From the NCBI GenBank assembly GCA_951812955.1, contig OX638340.1, positions 2,816,001-2,880,000 on the forward strand: DNA of 64,000 nucleotides, read 5' to 3'. The notes below the pieces were generated by a model. It was given only the letters and a program-made list of their open reading frames with translations, made no database searches and was not told where the DNA came from. The DNA comes from an uncultured Gemmatimonadota bacterium (lineage in GTDB: Bacteria; JAAXHH01). Below, piece after piece: positions 30,795-40,528 of this stretch. Positions within the stretch are counted from its first letter, which is position 1; every line of letters starts with the position of its first letter. The position numbers and the translations under genes are program-made.

Positions 30795-32603
30795 ATGGAC
30801 GCTGGGAGGATCGGTAGTCTCATGCATGCTTTATTCAGGGTTGCGGCGTCCCCGTGTTCCCGATTTAGGGCGTCCCCGTGTTCCCGGTTTGCGGTATTCT
30901 TCCTTTTCCCGTTTCTTTTCCTTTCCTGCGACCTTTCCAATAGCCCTCCGGATGCGACGCGCCCGGAGATGCTCTTCACGGACATCGCGCCTTCCTCCGG
31001 AATCTCGTTCCGTCATGCCAACGGGAAGACCGGCCAATACTACTTCCTTGAAACGGTGGCGTCCGGTGGTGGATTCGTCGATTACGACGGGGACGGCGAC
31101 CTCGACATCTACCTGCTCAACGGCTCGGCCATCCCGGGTTTCGTGCCGGACCTGCCCCTGTCCAACGCGCTTTATCGCAACGAAGGAGACGGATCCTTCA
31201 CGGACGTGACCGATCAGGCCGGCGTGGGAAATCCGGACGGTTACGGGATGGGCATGGCCGTCGCGGATTACGACAACGACGGCGACGACGACCTGTTCGT
31301 CACGAACTATGGGGAGAACATCCTCTATCGCAACGAGGGGAACGGGACTTTCCGCGACGTGACCGGCCGGGCGATGCCGCCGTTACCCCGCAGTCCGATG
31401 TTTTCGACCAGCGCGGCGTTCCTGGATTACGACCGGGACGGGCACCTGGACCTCTACGTGTGCGCGTACGTCGAATTCGACTTCGAAACCAACAAGCGAT
31501 GCATCCGGGACGGCATCCAGTCCTACTGCGGACCCGATATCTATGATGGGGCGGCCGATCTGCTTTACCGGAACAACGGCGACGGGACTTTTTCTGACGT
31601 ATCCTCGGAGGCGGGTATCGCCAATCCGGACGGAAAAGGACTCGGAGTCGTGGGGGGCGACTACGACGGCGATGGCTGGACGGATATATTCGTAGCCAAC
31701 GACCTGACGCCGGATTTCCTTTACCGGAACAACGGCGACGGCACGTTTACGGACATGGCGCTGCTGGCGGGCGTGGCCTATGGCGAGGATGGCGTCGCCC
31801 GGGCAGGCATGGGGGTAGATTTCGGAGACTACGACCGGAACGGGACGCCGGACATCTACGTGACCAATTTCTCCCTGGAACCCAACTCGTTGCACCGGAA
31901 CAACGGAAACGGCACGTTTACCGAAACCACCTTCGGTGCGGGCGTGGGCAATACCACGCTTCTTTCCCTGGGTTTCGGTACGGCCTTCAAAGATTTCGAC
32001 CACGATGGCTGGCTGGATATCTTCGCGGCGAACGGCCATGTGATCGACAATATCTCCCTGTTCGATCCGACGGTGACTTACGCGCAGACCAATCAACTGT
32101 TCCGGAACGAAGGAAACGGGGTTTTCACCGACGTCAGCGCCGGCGCCGGCGCTCCCTTCCACGTGGAGCGCGTGCACCGCGGCGCGGCCTTCGGAGACGT
32201 GGACAACGACGGTGACGTCGATATCCTGGTCACCACCGTGAACGACGTCCCACTGTTGTTGCGGAACGACGGGAACGAGCGGCCCGGTGGAAGCGGCGGT
32301 CCCACCAGTCTGCTCGTCGCCACCGAGGGCGTCCAAAGCAATCGCAACGGGATCGGTGCGCGCGTAACCGTGGTCACGGATGCCGTGCGCCAGTCGCGGG
32401 AAATCCGAAGCGCCTACAGCTACCTGGCGGCCAATGATCTCAGGGCGCACTTCGGGCTAGGTGCGCATGACGGGGCGGATTCGGTGATCGTGGACTGGCC
32501 GACCGGCACAAGGGATGTCGTAACGGGAGTCGATGGCGGCCAGTGGATCACGATCCGCGAAGGCGCAGGTATCGTCTCGCGAACGCCACTTCGCCCGCGT
32601 TGA
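30795..32603 (+). CDS. CRTAC1/ASPIC-UnbV family protein with FG-GAP/VCBS repeats
   Basis: 602 aa. Repeated DYDGDGDLDIY / LYRNEGDGSFTDVT / LYRNNGDGTF modules. C-terminal UnbV_ASPIC block NRNGIGARVTV...SYLAANDLRAHFGLG. Lipoprotein-like FLFLSC. The start could also be ATG 30822. Confidence 0.85.
   Translation: MDAGRIGSLMHALFRVAASPCSRFRASPCSRFAVFFLFPFLFLSCDLSNSPPDATRPEMLFTDIAPSSGISFRHANGKTGQYYFLETVASGGGFVDYDGDGDLDIYLLNGSAIPGFVPDLPLSNALYRNEGDGSFTDVTDQAGVGNPDGYGMGMAVADYDNDGDDDLFVTNYGENILYRNEGNGTFRDVTGRAMPPLPRSPMFSTSAAFLDYDRDGHLDLYVCAYVEFDFETNKRCIRDGIQSYCGPDIYDGAADLLYRNNGDGTFSDVSSEAGIANPDGKGLGVVGGDYDGDGWTDIFVANDLTPDFLYRNNGDGTFTDMALLAGVAYGEDGVARAGMGVDFGDYDRNGTPDIYVTNFSLEPNSLHRNNGNGTFTETTFGAGVGNTTLLSLGFGTAFKDFDHDGWLDIFAANGHVIDNISLFDPTVTYAQTNQLFRNEGNGVFTDVSAGAGAPFHVERVHRGAAFGDVDNDGDVDILVTTVNDVPLLLRNDGNERPGGSGGPTSLLVATEGVQSNRNGIGARVTVVTDAVRQSREIRSAYSYLAANDLRAHFGLGAHDGADSVIVDWPTGTRDVVTGVDGGQWITIREGAGIVSRTPLRPR
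30845..30892 (+). repeat. 24-bp in-frame tandem duplication (x2) inside the CRTAC1 signal-peptide region
   Basis: GGCGTCCCCGTGTTCCCGATTTAG / GGCGTCCCCGTGTTCCCGGTTTGC, encoding ASPCSRFR-ASPCSRFA. Confidence 0.9.
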
Positions 32604-33996
32604 AGAACCCGGTCGCCCATAACGCCGCCGGGTAGGCCGCGATCAGGCCCACTTCCCAGGACCAGGTTCCGCCTAAAAGAACCCGCGCCGCGTACAGCAC
32701 CCCGCACACGAAGATCACCTTGAGCAGACGTATATACTCGTAGGGTATCGGGTAATACCTTCGGCCCGCCAGATACAACCCGGCCACCATCACCGCGTAG
32801 GCGGCCGCCGAGGCCGCGGCCGCCCCGTACATGCCGTAATCGGGGATAAGCCAGAGATTCGTCAGGATGCATACCAGGGCGGAAGCGGCCGTGATGAAGG
32901 GGAGCAGGATGGTCTTCTTCTCCAGGTAGACCCCCACGGTCAAGTTGACGTAGATCCCATACAGTACGTAGGCCGCGAGCAGGATCGGCACGACGCCGAT
33001 CCCATCCCAGTACGATTCCGCTATGAGGGTATAGCCACCGATCGAAAGGCGGACCAGGTCGTCGATCAGGAAAGACAGCGTCAGGAAGATGCCGCCCGCT
33101 ATGGCCAGGAAGTAGGTCAACACGCGGGCGAACAGCGGCCTGGGGTTTTCCTCCCTGGAAGTTTCCAGGAAGAATGGCTGCCAGGCCTGTCTGAACATGG
33201 TGACGAAGATGAGCATGCCGACGCCAAGCTTTCGGGCCGCATGGTAGATACCCAGGGTCTCCGTGCCGGACATTCGTTCCAGCATCAGGCGGTCGATGGT
33301 TTCGATGATGATGATGCAGGCGCCGGCGGGCACGTAGGGCAGTCCGAATTTCAAGAGCCGCCCCATGGTTTCGCGAGACCAGGTGAAGGACATGTGCCGC
33401 AACGTAACGCCCGCCAGGATGAGGAAAACGATCCCGGATCCCGCGATATTGCTGATCAGAATCCCCTGCAGCCCCATGTCGAGCACGATGACGAGGTAGC
33501 AGTTTCCGCCCAGTTCGATCATCACCTTCATCAGCTTGAGGGAGGCGAACATCGTGGCCTTGCCTTCTCCCCGCAGCCGAGCGAACGGTATGGCGTTCAG
33601 GGCATCTAGCGCCAGGACCGCGGCGGCCAGCTGGATGTAGGAGGTCAGGGAGGCGGAAACAGCGACAAGGGGCGCTATCCTGGCGGCGAACAGGACGATG
33701 ATCACGCCGAGCCCGACCGAAGTGCACAGCATGGTGAGGTAGCCAGTGCTCAGCGTATCCCGTCTGCGGCCCTCCGCGAGTACGTAGTACCTCAGAAAGG
33801 CCGAATCCATGCCATAGAGGAAGATTACGTTCGTCAGCGCGATAAAGGTATATACGAGACCATAGTAGCCGAATTCCTCCACGGGCATTACATGGGTGTA
33901 TACCGGCACCAGCAGATAGGCCATGGATCTGCCGAGTACGTCGCTGAGACCGTAGATCGCCGAATGGGTGGTGAGTCTTTTGAGGCCTTGAAACAT
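32548..33996 (-). CDS. oligosaccharide flippase (MOP/Wzx-type polysaccharide biosynthesis protein)
   Basis: Polytopic membrane protein of about 482 aa starting at MFQGLKRLTTHSAIYGLSDVLGR, typical of the Wzx/polysaccharide-biosynthesis family. The ORF-track 5' extension to 34170 is not hydrophobic and was rejected. The 3' end overlaps the CRTAC1 3' end by 56 nt. Confidence 0.75.
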   Translation of the reverse strand: MFQGLKRLTTHSAIYGLSDVLGRSMAYLLVPVYTHVMPVEEFGYYGLVYTFIALTNVIFLYGMDSAFLRYYVLAEGRRRDTLSTGYLTMLCTSVGLGVIIVLFAARIAPLVAVSASLTSYIQLAAAVLALDALNAIPFARLRGEGKATMFASLKLMKVMIELGGNCYLVIVLDMGLQGILISNIAGSGIVFLILAGVTLRHMSFTWSRETMGRLLKFGLPYVPAGACIIIIETIDRLMLERMSGTETLGIYHAARKLGVGMLIFVTMFRQAWQPFFLETSREENPRPLFARVLTYFLAIAGGIFLTLSFLIDDLVRLSIGGYTLIAESYWDGIGVVPILLAAYVLYGIYVNLTVGVYLEKKTILLPFITAASALVCILTNLWLIPDYGMYGAAAASAAAYAVMVAGLYLAGRRYYPIPYEYIRLLKVIFVCGVLYAARVLLGGTWSWEVGLIAAYPAALWATGFFNAGEVAFARRYLRLRGS

Positions 33997-34313
33997 GGAT
34001 CGCGGTTTGAGGACGGTCAGGGTTCTCGAAGCCTCGGGAGGGGATCGACGGTTGCTCAGTCCAGGTGGCCCGCACCGTGAGTTCGCCCGCTGGCTGGCCG
34101 TGTGCACGTATGTGGAAACCAGGCGCCGAGCACCGTAATGGTACCTCCGACTGCCCGGGACGTCAAGCACTTACGGCGGCGTTGCCTCGTCGGGGAGACC
34201 CTTCGTAGCCGCACGGGCCGATTTCAGTATTGCACGCGAATGACCGAAAAAGGTTCGTTGTTACGGTGCAGGTCATTATCTTGTCGAGGTGCTGCGCGGT
34301 CGGCCGACGCGAC

Positions 34314-34382
34314 GGTACGTGGCAGGTAGACGTGCCGGTACGTGGTTGGTAGATGCGCCAGTACGTGGCCGTAGCAGCCCGT
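34314..34382. repeat. three tandem 23-bp direct repeats (core GGTACGTGG) in the flippase/rlmB divergent spacer
   Basis: GGTACGTGG at 34314 and 34337, and aGTACGTGG at 34360, each followed by a GGTAGA-like segment. Exact 23-bp phasing. Confidence 0.8.
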
Positions 34383-34451
34383 CACCGTGTAGGTCCGTGG
34401 CCGTGCCCCGTCCACCGGGATGGTCAGTATATTCTACGAGCAGGTGTGCTG

Positions 34452-35195
34452 ATGTCGGAAGTCATCTACGGGCGGAACCCGGTCAGGGCAGCCCTCCAAG
34501 CGGGCCGCAGCCTCAACCGGATCTTCATCGCCGATGGGGTTTCGCGCCAGGACGTGGGCGATATCCTGGAACTCGCCCGGAAGCAGGGCGTCGTCTACCA
34601 GTTTACGGACCGCCGCCAGTTGGACGGTTTGACCGATGGCCGGCACCAGGGCATCGTTGCCACGGTGGCCGGACAACAGTATGCCGAACTGGCCGATATC
34701 CTGGCATCGGCACGGCGTTCCGAATCTCCCCCCTTCCTGGTCCTGCTGGACGGCATACAGGATCCCCACAATCTCGGAGCGATCATACGGACAGCGGATG
34801 CCGTACGCGTCGACGGCGTCGTGATTCCCCGGAGAAACGCGGCGGGTCTGACGGCGGCCTCTGTCAAGGCTTCGGCCGGGACCAGCGCCCATGTGCCGGT
34901 CGCGCGGGTGGCGAACCTGAACAACGCCATGCAGACGCTTCGTGAAGAAGGAGTCTGGCTCATGGGCCTGGCGTCGGACGGCCCTTCACTTTTCAATAGA
35001 GTGGACTATACCGTACCCATAGCGCTCGTCATAGGCGGCGAGGGTAAGGGGCTGAGGCCCCTGGTCCAGCGCAACTGCGACGAGGTGGTACGGCTCCCCA
35101 TTGCTGGGCACGTGGATTCGCTTAACGTATCCGTGGCGGCGGCCCTCGTGCTGTACGAAGTCTTTCGTCAGCGTATGGGTATAGGGGACGGGTAG
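34452..35195 (+). CDS. rlmB: 23S rRNA (guanosine-2'-O-)-methyltransferase, SpoU/TrmH family (RlmB-like)
   Basis: Start at MSEVIYGRNPVRAAL. SpoU substrate-binding N-domain. SPOUT motifs LDGIQDPHNLGAIIRTA, LVIGGEGKG and SLNVSVAAALVLYE. Confidence 0.8.
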   Translation: MSEVIYGRNPVRAALQAGRSLNRIFIADGVSRQDVGDILELARKQGVVYQFTDRRQLDGLTDGRHQGIVATVAGQQYAELADILASARRSESPPFLVLLDGIQDPHNLGAIIRTADAVRVDGVVIPRRNAAGLTAASVKASAGTSAHVPVARVANLNNAMQTLREEGVWLMGLASDGPSLFNRVDYTVPIALVIGGEGKGLRPLVQRNCDEVVRLPIAGHVDSLNVSVAAALVLYEVFRQRMGIGDG

Positions 35196-35305
35196 AGCCG
35201 TTCGATACCCCGAAGACGGCACATGCCGTGAGACCTCACCTCTGGCGGACTCGAAGAGCGTGAACCTGAAGACTTCGCGCAGGCCGTCCTTATCCTACAA
35301 AACGG

Positions 35306-35334
35306 TTGACACAGCGGCCTCGCGGGGTTATGCT
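35306..35334 (+). promoter_or_regulatory. putative sigma-70-type promoter of ppdK
   Basis: TTGACA (35306-35311), 17-nt spacer, TATGCT (35329-35334), about 70 nt upstream of the ppdK start. Confidence 0.45.
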
Positions 35335-35405
35335 ACCGCCTTGGTTTTTTTGGCATATTGACATGAGAGCAGGGACAAAACGAAGTAAAGGAGCGCGGTA
35401 GCTTT

Positions 35406-38108
35406 ATGGCGAAACATGTGTACTACTTTGGTGGCGGCGAGGCGGACGGAACCGCGGACTTGCGTGAGCTTCTGGGCGGCAAGGGCGCCAATCTGGCCGA
35501 AATGAGCCACCTGGGGATTCCCGTACCCGCGGGCTTTACCATCTCCACGGAAATCTGCACCTATTTCTACGATAACGATCGCCAGTATCCGGCGGACCTT
35601 GACGAGCAGATCCAGCAGGCTATGGGACAGGTCGAGGCCGTCATGGACGCCGGTTTCGGCAGTCCCGAAAACCCGCTGCTGGTGTCCGTCCGGTCCGGAT
35701 CCCGTTCATCCATGCCCGGCATGATGGACACCATTCTGAATCTCGGCCTGAACGATGTAACCGTGCAGGGACTGATCGCGCAGTCGGGCGACGAACGTTT
35801 CGCCTACGACAGCTACCGGCGTTTCGTACAGATGTACGGCGACGTGGTCATGGGCGTGCGTCCGACGGACGATGAAGATCGCGATCCCTTCGAGGCGTTG
35901 CTGGAACGCAGAAAGGTCCGTGTTGGCGTCACGCAGGACGTGGAGCTCGGGGCCGCCGACCTCAAGGCGCTGGTCGCCGAATTCAAGGACGAGATCAAGG
36001 CGCGCACGGGCGCCGACTTCCCCGACGACCCCCGCGAGCAACTCTGGGGCGCCATAGGCGCCGTGTTCGGCTCGTGGCACAACGAACGCGCCGCGGTGTA
36101 CCGTAAGCTGAACAACATCCCGGATGAATGGGGCACTGCTGTCAACGTACAGGCCATGGTCTACGGCAACATGGGCAACGACTGCGCTACGGGTGTCGCT
36201 TTCAGCCGCGATCCCGCGACCGGCGAGAAGCGGTTCTACGGAGAATATCTCATCAACGCCCAAGGCGAGGACGTCGTGGCGGGTATTCGGACGCCCAGGC
36301 CAATCGAGCAGTTGCGTGAGGAAATGCCGGACGCCTACGATCAACTGGTCCGGATCTGCGATACGCTGGAGACCCATTACAAGGACATGCAGGATATCGA
36401 ATTCACCATCCAGCGCCACAACCTGTGGATGCTGCAGTGCCGGGTCGGGAAGCGTACCGGTTTCTCCGCCATCACGATCGCGGTGGACATGGTGAAGGAA
36501 GGCCTGATCGACGAGAAGGAAGCCCTGCGGCGCGTGGAGCCCGACCAGTTGGACCAGTTGCTGCGTCCCGTATTCGACGTGGAGGAAAAGCGCCGTGCGG
36601 AGAACGAGGGGCGGGTCCTCGCCCGGGGCCTCAACGCAGGTCCGGGCGCGGCGGCGGGCAAGGTGGCTTTCAATGCGAACGACGCCGAGACCTGGGCGGA
36701 CCGCGGTGACCAGGTCATCCTGGTCCGTATCGAGACGTCGCCCGAAGACATACGCGGCATGGACGCGGCGACGGGCATCCTGACCGCCCGGGGCGGCATG
36801 ACGAGCCACGCGGCGCTGGTCGCCCGGCAGATGGGCAAGGTCTGCGTCGCCGGCTGCGGCGAGCTGGACATCGACTACGCCACCCGGACAATGCGCGTCG
36901 GAGACCAGGTGATCAACGAAGGGGATTTCATCTCCATCGACGGATCCACCGGGGAGGTCATTGCCGGGGCCATCCCGACCATTCCCTCCGAAGTGCTGCA
37001 GGTCCTGTTGCAGAAATCCATGTCGTCCGAAGAATCGGAGGTCTATCAGCGTTACGAAAGCTTGATGGCCTGGGCGGACCGGTACCGCCGGCTGAGGGTG
37101 CGGACCAACGCGGATCAGCCCGATCAGTCGGCTACCGCGCGCGTCTTCGGCGCCGAGGGCATCGGCCTGTGCCGGACGGAGCACATGTTCTTCGAGGAAG
37201 ACCGGATCGACTCGGTTCGGGAAATGATCCTGGCCGATGACGAGGCCGGTCGCCGGAAAGCGCTGGCCAGGCTGCTGCCGATTCAGAGAAGCGATTTCAC
37301 CGGGATCTTCGAGGTCATGGACGGCTATCCCGTCACGATACGAACGCTCGATCCACCCCTGCACGAGTTTCTGCCCCACGATGCAGAGGCTATTGCGCAG
37401 CTCGCCGCGCAAACGGGGGTGCCCGTGGAGCGTTACCACCGCAAGCTGGAAGACCTGCGGGAAGCCAATCCCATGCTCGGCCATCGCGGCTGCAGGCTGG
37501 GCATCGCCTTTCCCGAGATCACCGAAATGCAGGCCCGTGCGATTTTCGAAGCCGCGACCGACTGCCTGAAACGCGGCATCAAGGCCATCCCCGAGATCAT
37601 GATCCCGCTGGTCGGACACCTCAATGAACTGCGCCTGCAGGCCGATGTCGTCCGCGCCGCGGCCCGGGCTGTGCAGGAAGAGACCGGCGTCGAGGTGGAC
37701 TACCAGATCGGCACGATGATCGAACTGCCGCGCGCCGCGCTGACTGCCCACGAAATTGCGGAAGAAGCGGAGTTCTTCTCTTTCGGGACCAACGATCTGA
37801 CCCAGACGACCTTCGGGCTATCCCGCGACGACGCGAAGTTCATACCCGACTACCTGCATGCCGGAATCTGGCCGGAAGATCCCTTTGTCAGTATCGACAG
37901 CAGCGGCGTCGGCGAACTGGTGAAAATCGGCGTCGAGCGGGGCCGGGCCACGCGAGGTGGCATGAAGGTGGGTATCTGCGGCGAACACGGCGGCGATCCC
38001 GCCTCGGTCGAATTCTGCCACGGCGTGGACCTGGACTATGTGAGTTGCTCCCCGTACCGCGTCCCCATCGCCTGCCTGGCGGCCGCACGGGCGGCGCTCG
38101 CGGAATAG
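35406..38108 (+). CDS. ppdK: pyruvate, phosphate dikinase
   Basis: 900 aa. The N-terminus [33 protein letters not shown] is near-invariant PPDK. Phospho-His block [18 protein letters not shown]-utilising C-terminal block [12 protein letters not shown]. Confidence 0.97.
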   Translation: MAKHVYYFGGGEADGTADLRELLGGKGANLAEMSHLGIPVPAGFTISTEICTYFYDNDRQYPADLDEQIQQAMGQVEAVMDAGFGSPENPLLVSVRSGSRSSMPGMMDTILNLGLNDVTVQGLIAQSGDERFAYDSYRRFVQMYGDVVMGVRPTDDEDRDPFEALLERRKVRVGVTQDVELGAADLKALVAEFKDEIKARTGADFPDDPREQLWGAIGAVFGSWHNERAAVYRKLNNIPDEWGTAVNVQAMVYGNMGNDCATGVAFSRDPATGEKRFYGEYLINAQGEDVVAGIRTPRPIEQLREEMPDAYDQLVRICDTLETHYKDMQDIEFTIQRHNLWMLQCRVGKRTGFSAITIAVDMVKEGLIDEKEALRRVEPDQLDQLLRPVFDVEEKRRAENEGRVLARGLNAGPGAAAGKVAFNANDAETWADRGDQVILVRIETSPEDIRGMDAATGILTARGGMTSHAALVARQMGKVCVAGCGELDIDYATRTMRVGDQVINEGDFISIDGSTGEVIAGAIPTIPSEVLQVLLQKSMSSEESEVYQRYESLMAWADRYRRLRVRTNADQPDQSATARVFGAEGIGLCRTEHMFFEEDRIDSVREMILADDEAGRRKALARLLPIQRSDFTGIFEVMDGYPVTIRTLDPPLHEFLPHDAEAIAQLAAQTGVPVERYHRKLEDLREANPMLGHRGCRLGIAFPEITEMQARAIFEAATDCLKRGIKAIPEIMIPLVGHLNELRLQADVVRAAARAVQEETGVEVDYQIGTMIELPRAALTAHEIAEEAEFFSFGTNDLTQTTFGLSRDDAKFIPDYLHAGIWPEDPFVSIDSSGVGELVKIGVERGRATRGGMKVGICGEHGGDPASVEFCHGVDLDYVSCSPYRVPIACLAAARAALAE

Positions 38109-38322
38109 GGCGCCTGGTTCGCAGGTCCGCACCTTTGTTCCGCTTAGCAGCGGTGCCTGGCGTCTGCCCCCGGTATGCGCTGTCCGAATAGGGTACCTGG
38201 ACCGGTTATCATCGCCCGCCTGGCCGCGACCCGGGCGGCGCCGTTCCGGCCAGGGGCCAACGTAAGCAACTTCTTTCTCTTTGCGCGGAAGTAACGGCGG
38301 CTTGCCGCGGAATTCCGGTAAC

Positions 38323-39468
38323 ATGTGGGAACTCTTCTGGCGATTCCTGGCCCTGGGATGCATAAGCTTCGGCGGTCCCGCCGCCCATCTGGGGTATTTC
38401 CGAACCGCATTCGTGGAGCGGTTGAAGTGGATTGACGAAGCGGCCTACGGCCGTCTCATCGCCCTGAGCCAGTTCCTTCCCGGCCCATCTTCCAGCCAGG
38501 TCGGTTTCGCCATCGGATACCAGCGGGCGGGCGTCGCGGGCGGCGTCGCCGTGTTCCTGGGTTTCACGCTGCCGTCGTTCGTGCTTCTTTACCTCCTCGC
38601 GATGGCTGGGGGTACGCTGACGGACACGGTCTACTTCGGCGGATTCGTCAAGGGGTTGAAACTGCTGGCCGTGGTCGTGGTCGCAGACGCCGTCCTGGGC
38701 ATGTATTCCACCTTCTGCAAGGGCCGGCTGACCGGTGCGCTCTGCGTATTGACCGCCTCGGCCCTGTTGGTCGCCCCTTCGATGGCTACCCAGTTCGCGG
38801 TCCTGGCGGCCGGTGCGCTGGTCGGCTGGCGCTTGCTCCGCGCTCCGGAGACGCCGGCCGGTGGCAGACTCCGGTTCTCCTGGCTGCCGCTGACGCTCTT
38901 TTTTCTGCTCCTCATCGGTCTGCCGTTCCTGGCGGGCCTGTCGTCGAAACTCGATCTGCTTTCACGTTTTTACCAGACCGGAAGCCTGGTATTCGGCGGC
39001 GGACACGTCGTTTTGCCCTTGCTTCAGCAGACCGTAGGCGAAGCGCTTTCCATCGATCGCTTCCTGCTCGGCTACGCCGCCGCCCAGGCCATTCCCGGTC
39101 CCATGTTCACCCTGTCCGCCTTTCTGGGCGCGGAGATGACCCCGGACCAGGCGCTGGCTGGCGCGTTGATCGCGGTCCTGGGGATCTTCCTGCCGGGATT
39201 CCTGTTGATCATGGCCTTTCACGATACCTGGGAGACCCTGGCGCGGAAACCGGGCGCGGCCGGCGCCGTCGCGGGGGTCAACGCCGCGGTGGTCGGGCTG
39301 CTGCTGGCGGCACTATACCAGCCCGTGTTCGTCAACGCCGTCTTCTCGCCCCTGGATCTCTCGCTCGCAGTTGTCGGGTTTTTCATGCTGCGGGTGATTC
39401 GATTGCCGATACTTCTGCTGGTGACGTTTTTCGCCGCTGCGGGTATTCTGGTTGCGGTTCTGGGTTGA
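38323..39468 (+). CDS. chrA: chromate ion transporter (CHR family)
   Basis: About 381 aa, starting at MWELFWRFLALGCISFGGPAAHLGYF. Second CHR half with GSLVFGGGHVVLPLL. Polytopic. Confidence 0.8.
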   Translation: MWELFWRFLALGCISFGGPAAHLGYFRTAFVERLKWIDEAAYGRLIALSQFLPGPSSSQVGFAIGYQRAGVAGGVAVFLGFTLPSFVLLYLLAMAGGTLTDTVYFGGFVKGLKLLAVVVVADAVLGMYSTFCKGRLTGALCVLTASALLVAPSMATQFAVLAAGALVGWRLLRAPETPAGGRLRFSWLPLTLFFLLLIGLPFLAGLSSKLDLLSRFYQTGSLVFGGGHVVLPLLQQTVGEALSIDRFLLGYAAAQAIPGPMFTLSAFLGAEMTPDQALAGALIAVLGIFLPGFLLIMAFHDTWETLARKPGAAGAVAGVNAAVVGLLLAALYQPVFVNAVFSPLDLSLAVVGFFMLRVIRLPILLLVTFFAAAGILVAVLG

Positions 39469-39476
39469 ACAGTTAC

Positions 39477-40322
39477 TCACGACCAGTCCCCGCAACCGAG
39501 AAACGTCATGTGCTTCCCGGCCTCGTACGCGGGAAACTTCCGATAGGTGTTGATTCCTTCGACGGGACTGCCGCGGAACAGGAAAAGACAGGGCCACTCC
39601 CGCGTGACCTTCGTCGTCGCGGGCATGTACTGGATCGAGCCGCCCCGCCTCCACGCGTTGCTCTCGTTCGGATTGGAACCATGCAACAGCAGCGGGTGAT
39701 GGACCGAGACGTCTCCGGGCGACAGGACCAGGTCGACCGCCTGGCTTTCGTCGAACGCTTCCGGATCGGCCTGGTTGAGGATGTAGTTGTCTGTGCTCTC
39801 CGGGGAGTGGCTGTGCAGACCGGATCTGTGCGATCCGGGGATCACGCGGACACAACCATTGGAGGGCAACGAGGCGGTGATGGCGAACCAGACGGTAATG
39901 ACCTCCAAGGGCTCGAGGGGCCAGTAGTGGCCGTCCTGGTGCCAGTGGACGCCCCTGCCCCTTCGGGGCGGCTTGCAGATGTAATCCGCCGCGAAAAAGG
40001 CCACGTTCGGACCGACCAGGGCTTCCGCCACGTCCAGCAGGTTGCGGTCGCTGAGGAAACGCACCCAGAAGGGATCGCCGGCTATGAGCCAGTGTCCCAA
40101 CGATTCGGGAGGCAGATCGGGGTGGCGGTCCATCAACCAGTCGATATGCCGGTCCGCCTCTCGAATCAGTCCGGCGGGCAGGACATTACGCACGATGACG
40201 AAGCCGTCCCGTTCGTAGTCTTCTCCGATGTCCTGAATTTGTGGATAAGTAAACTCAGCCACGCAGTCTGACCTCGAGTACGGACGGTCGATCCCTGTCC
40301 GGAAGACCGTCCGCTGATCCAA
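39477..40322 (-). CDS. phytanoyl-CoA dioxygenase (PhyH) family Fe(II)/2-oxoglutarate oxygenase
   Basis: 281 aa. YERDGFVIVRNVL. Facial triad WHQDGHYW (HxD) and VIPGSHRSG. Start codon uncertain (TTG in the ORF track). Confidence 0.8.
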   Translation of the reverse strand: MDQRTVFRTGIDRPYSRSDCVAEFTYPQIQDIGEDYERDGFVIVRNVLPAGLIREADRHIDWLMDRHPDLPPESLGHWLIAGDPFWVRFLSDRNLLDVAEALVGPNVAFFAADYICKPPRRGRGVHWHQDGHYWPLEPLEVITVWFAITASLPSNGCVRVIPGSHRSGLHSHSPESTDNYILNQADPEAFDESQAVDLVLSPGDVSVHHPLLLHGSNPNESNAWRRGGSIQYMPATTKVTREWPCLFLFRGSPVEGINTYRKFPAYEAGKHMTFLGCGDWS

Positions 40323-40528
40323 AGAACTGCTTGCGGTAAACCTTATTAATGACGATTAAACTAGAACATTACATCCGGGACAAGTTTATTGTATACATAC
40401 CGTTCGTACTGCGGATTTTTAGTAGGATGTGCCGAGTGAATCCGTTGATGACCAACCGGTTCCATACCATTTAGCAATCAGGCCGCGTTTCTGATTTTAA
40501 AATCTTTGCCCTTACCAGAGTAAAACAC

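Noticed and set aside
33997-34170. 58-codon extension of the flippase ORF, and the similar extensions 10416-10469 (serS), 28869-29120 (NHL protein) and 14393-14467 (hypothetical).
   Set aside because: Family-typical N-termini and/or RBS support the internal starts. The extensions are non-hydrophobic or overlap neighbouring genes.
38101-38200. Possible duplication of the ppdK terminus (CGGAATAGGGCGCCTGG at 38101 versus CCGAATAGGGTACCTGG at 38184).
   Set aside because: Only a 17-nt imperfect match, 83 nt apart, with no similarity in between. This is too weak to count with the clear tandem duplications.
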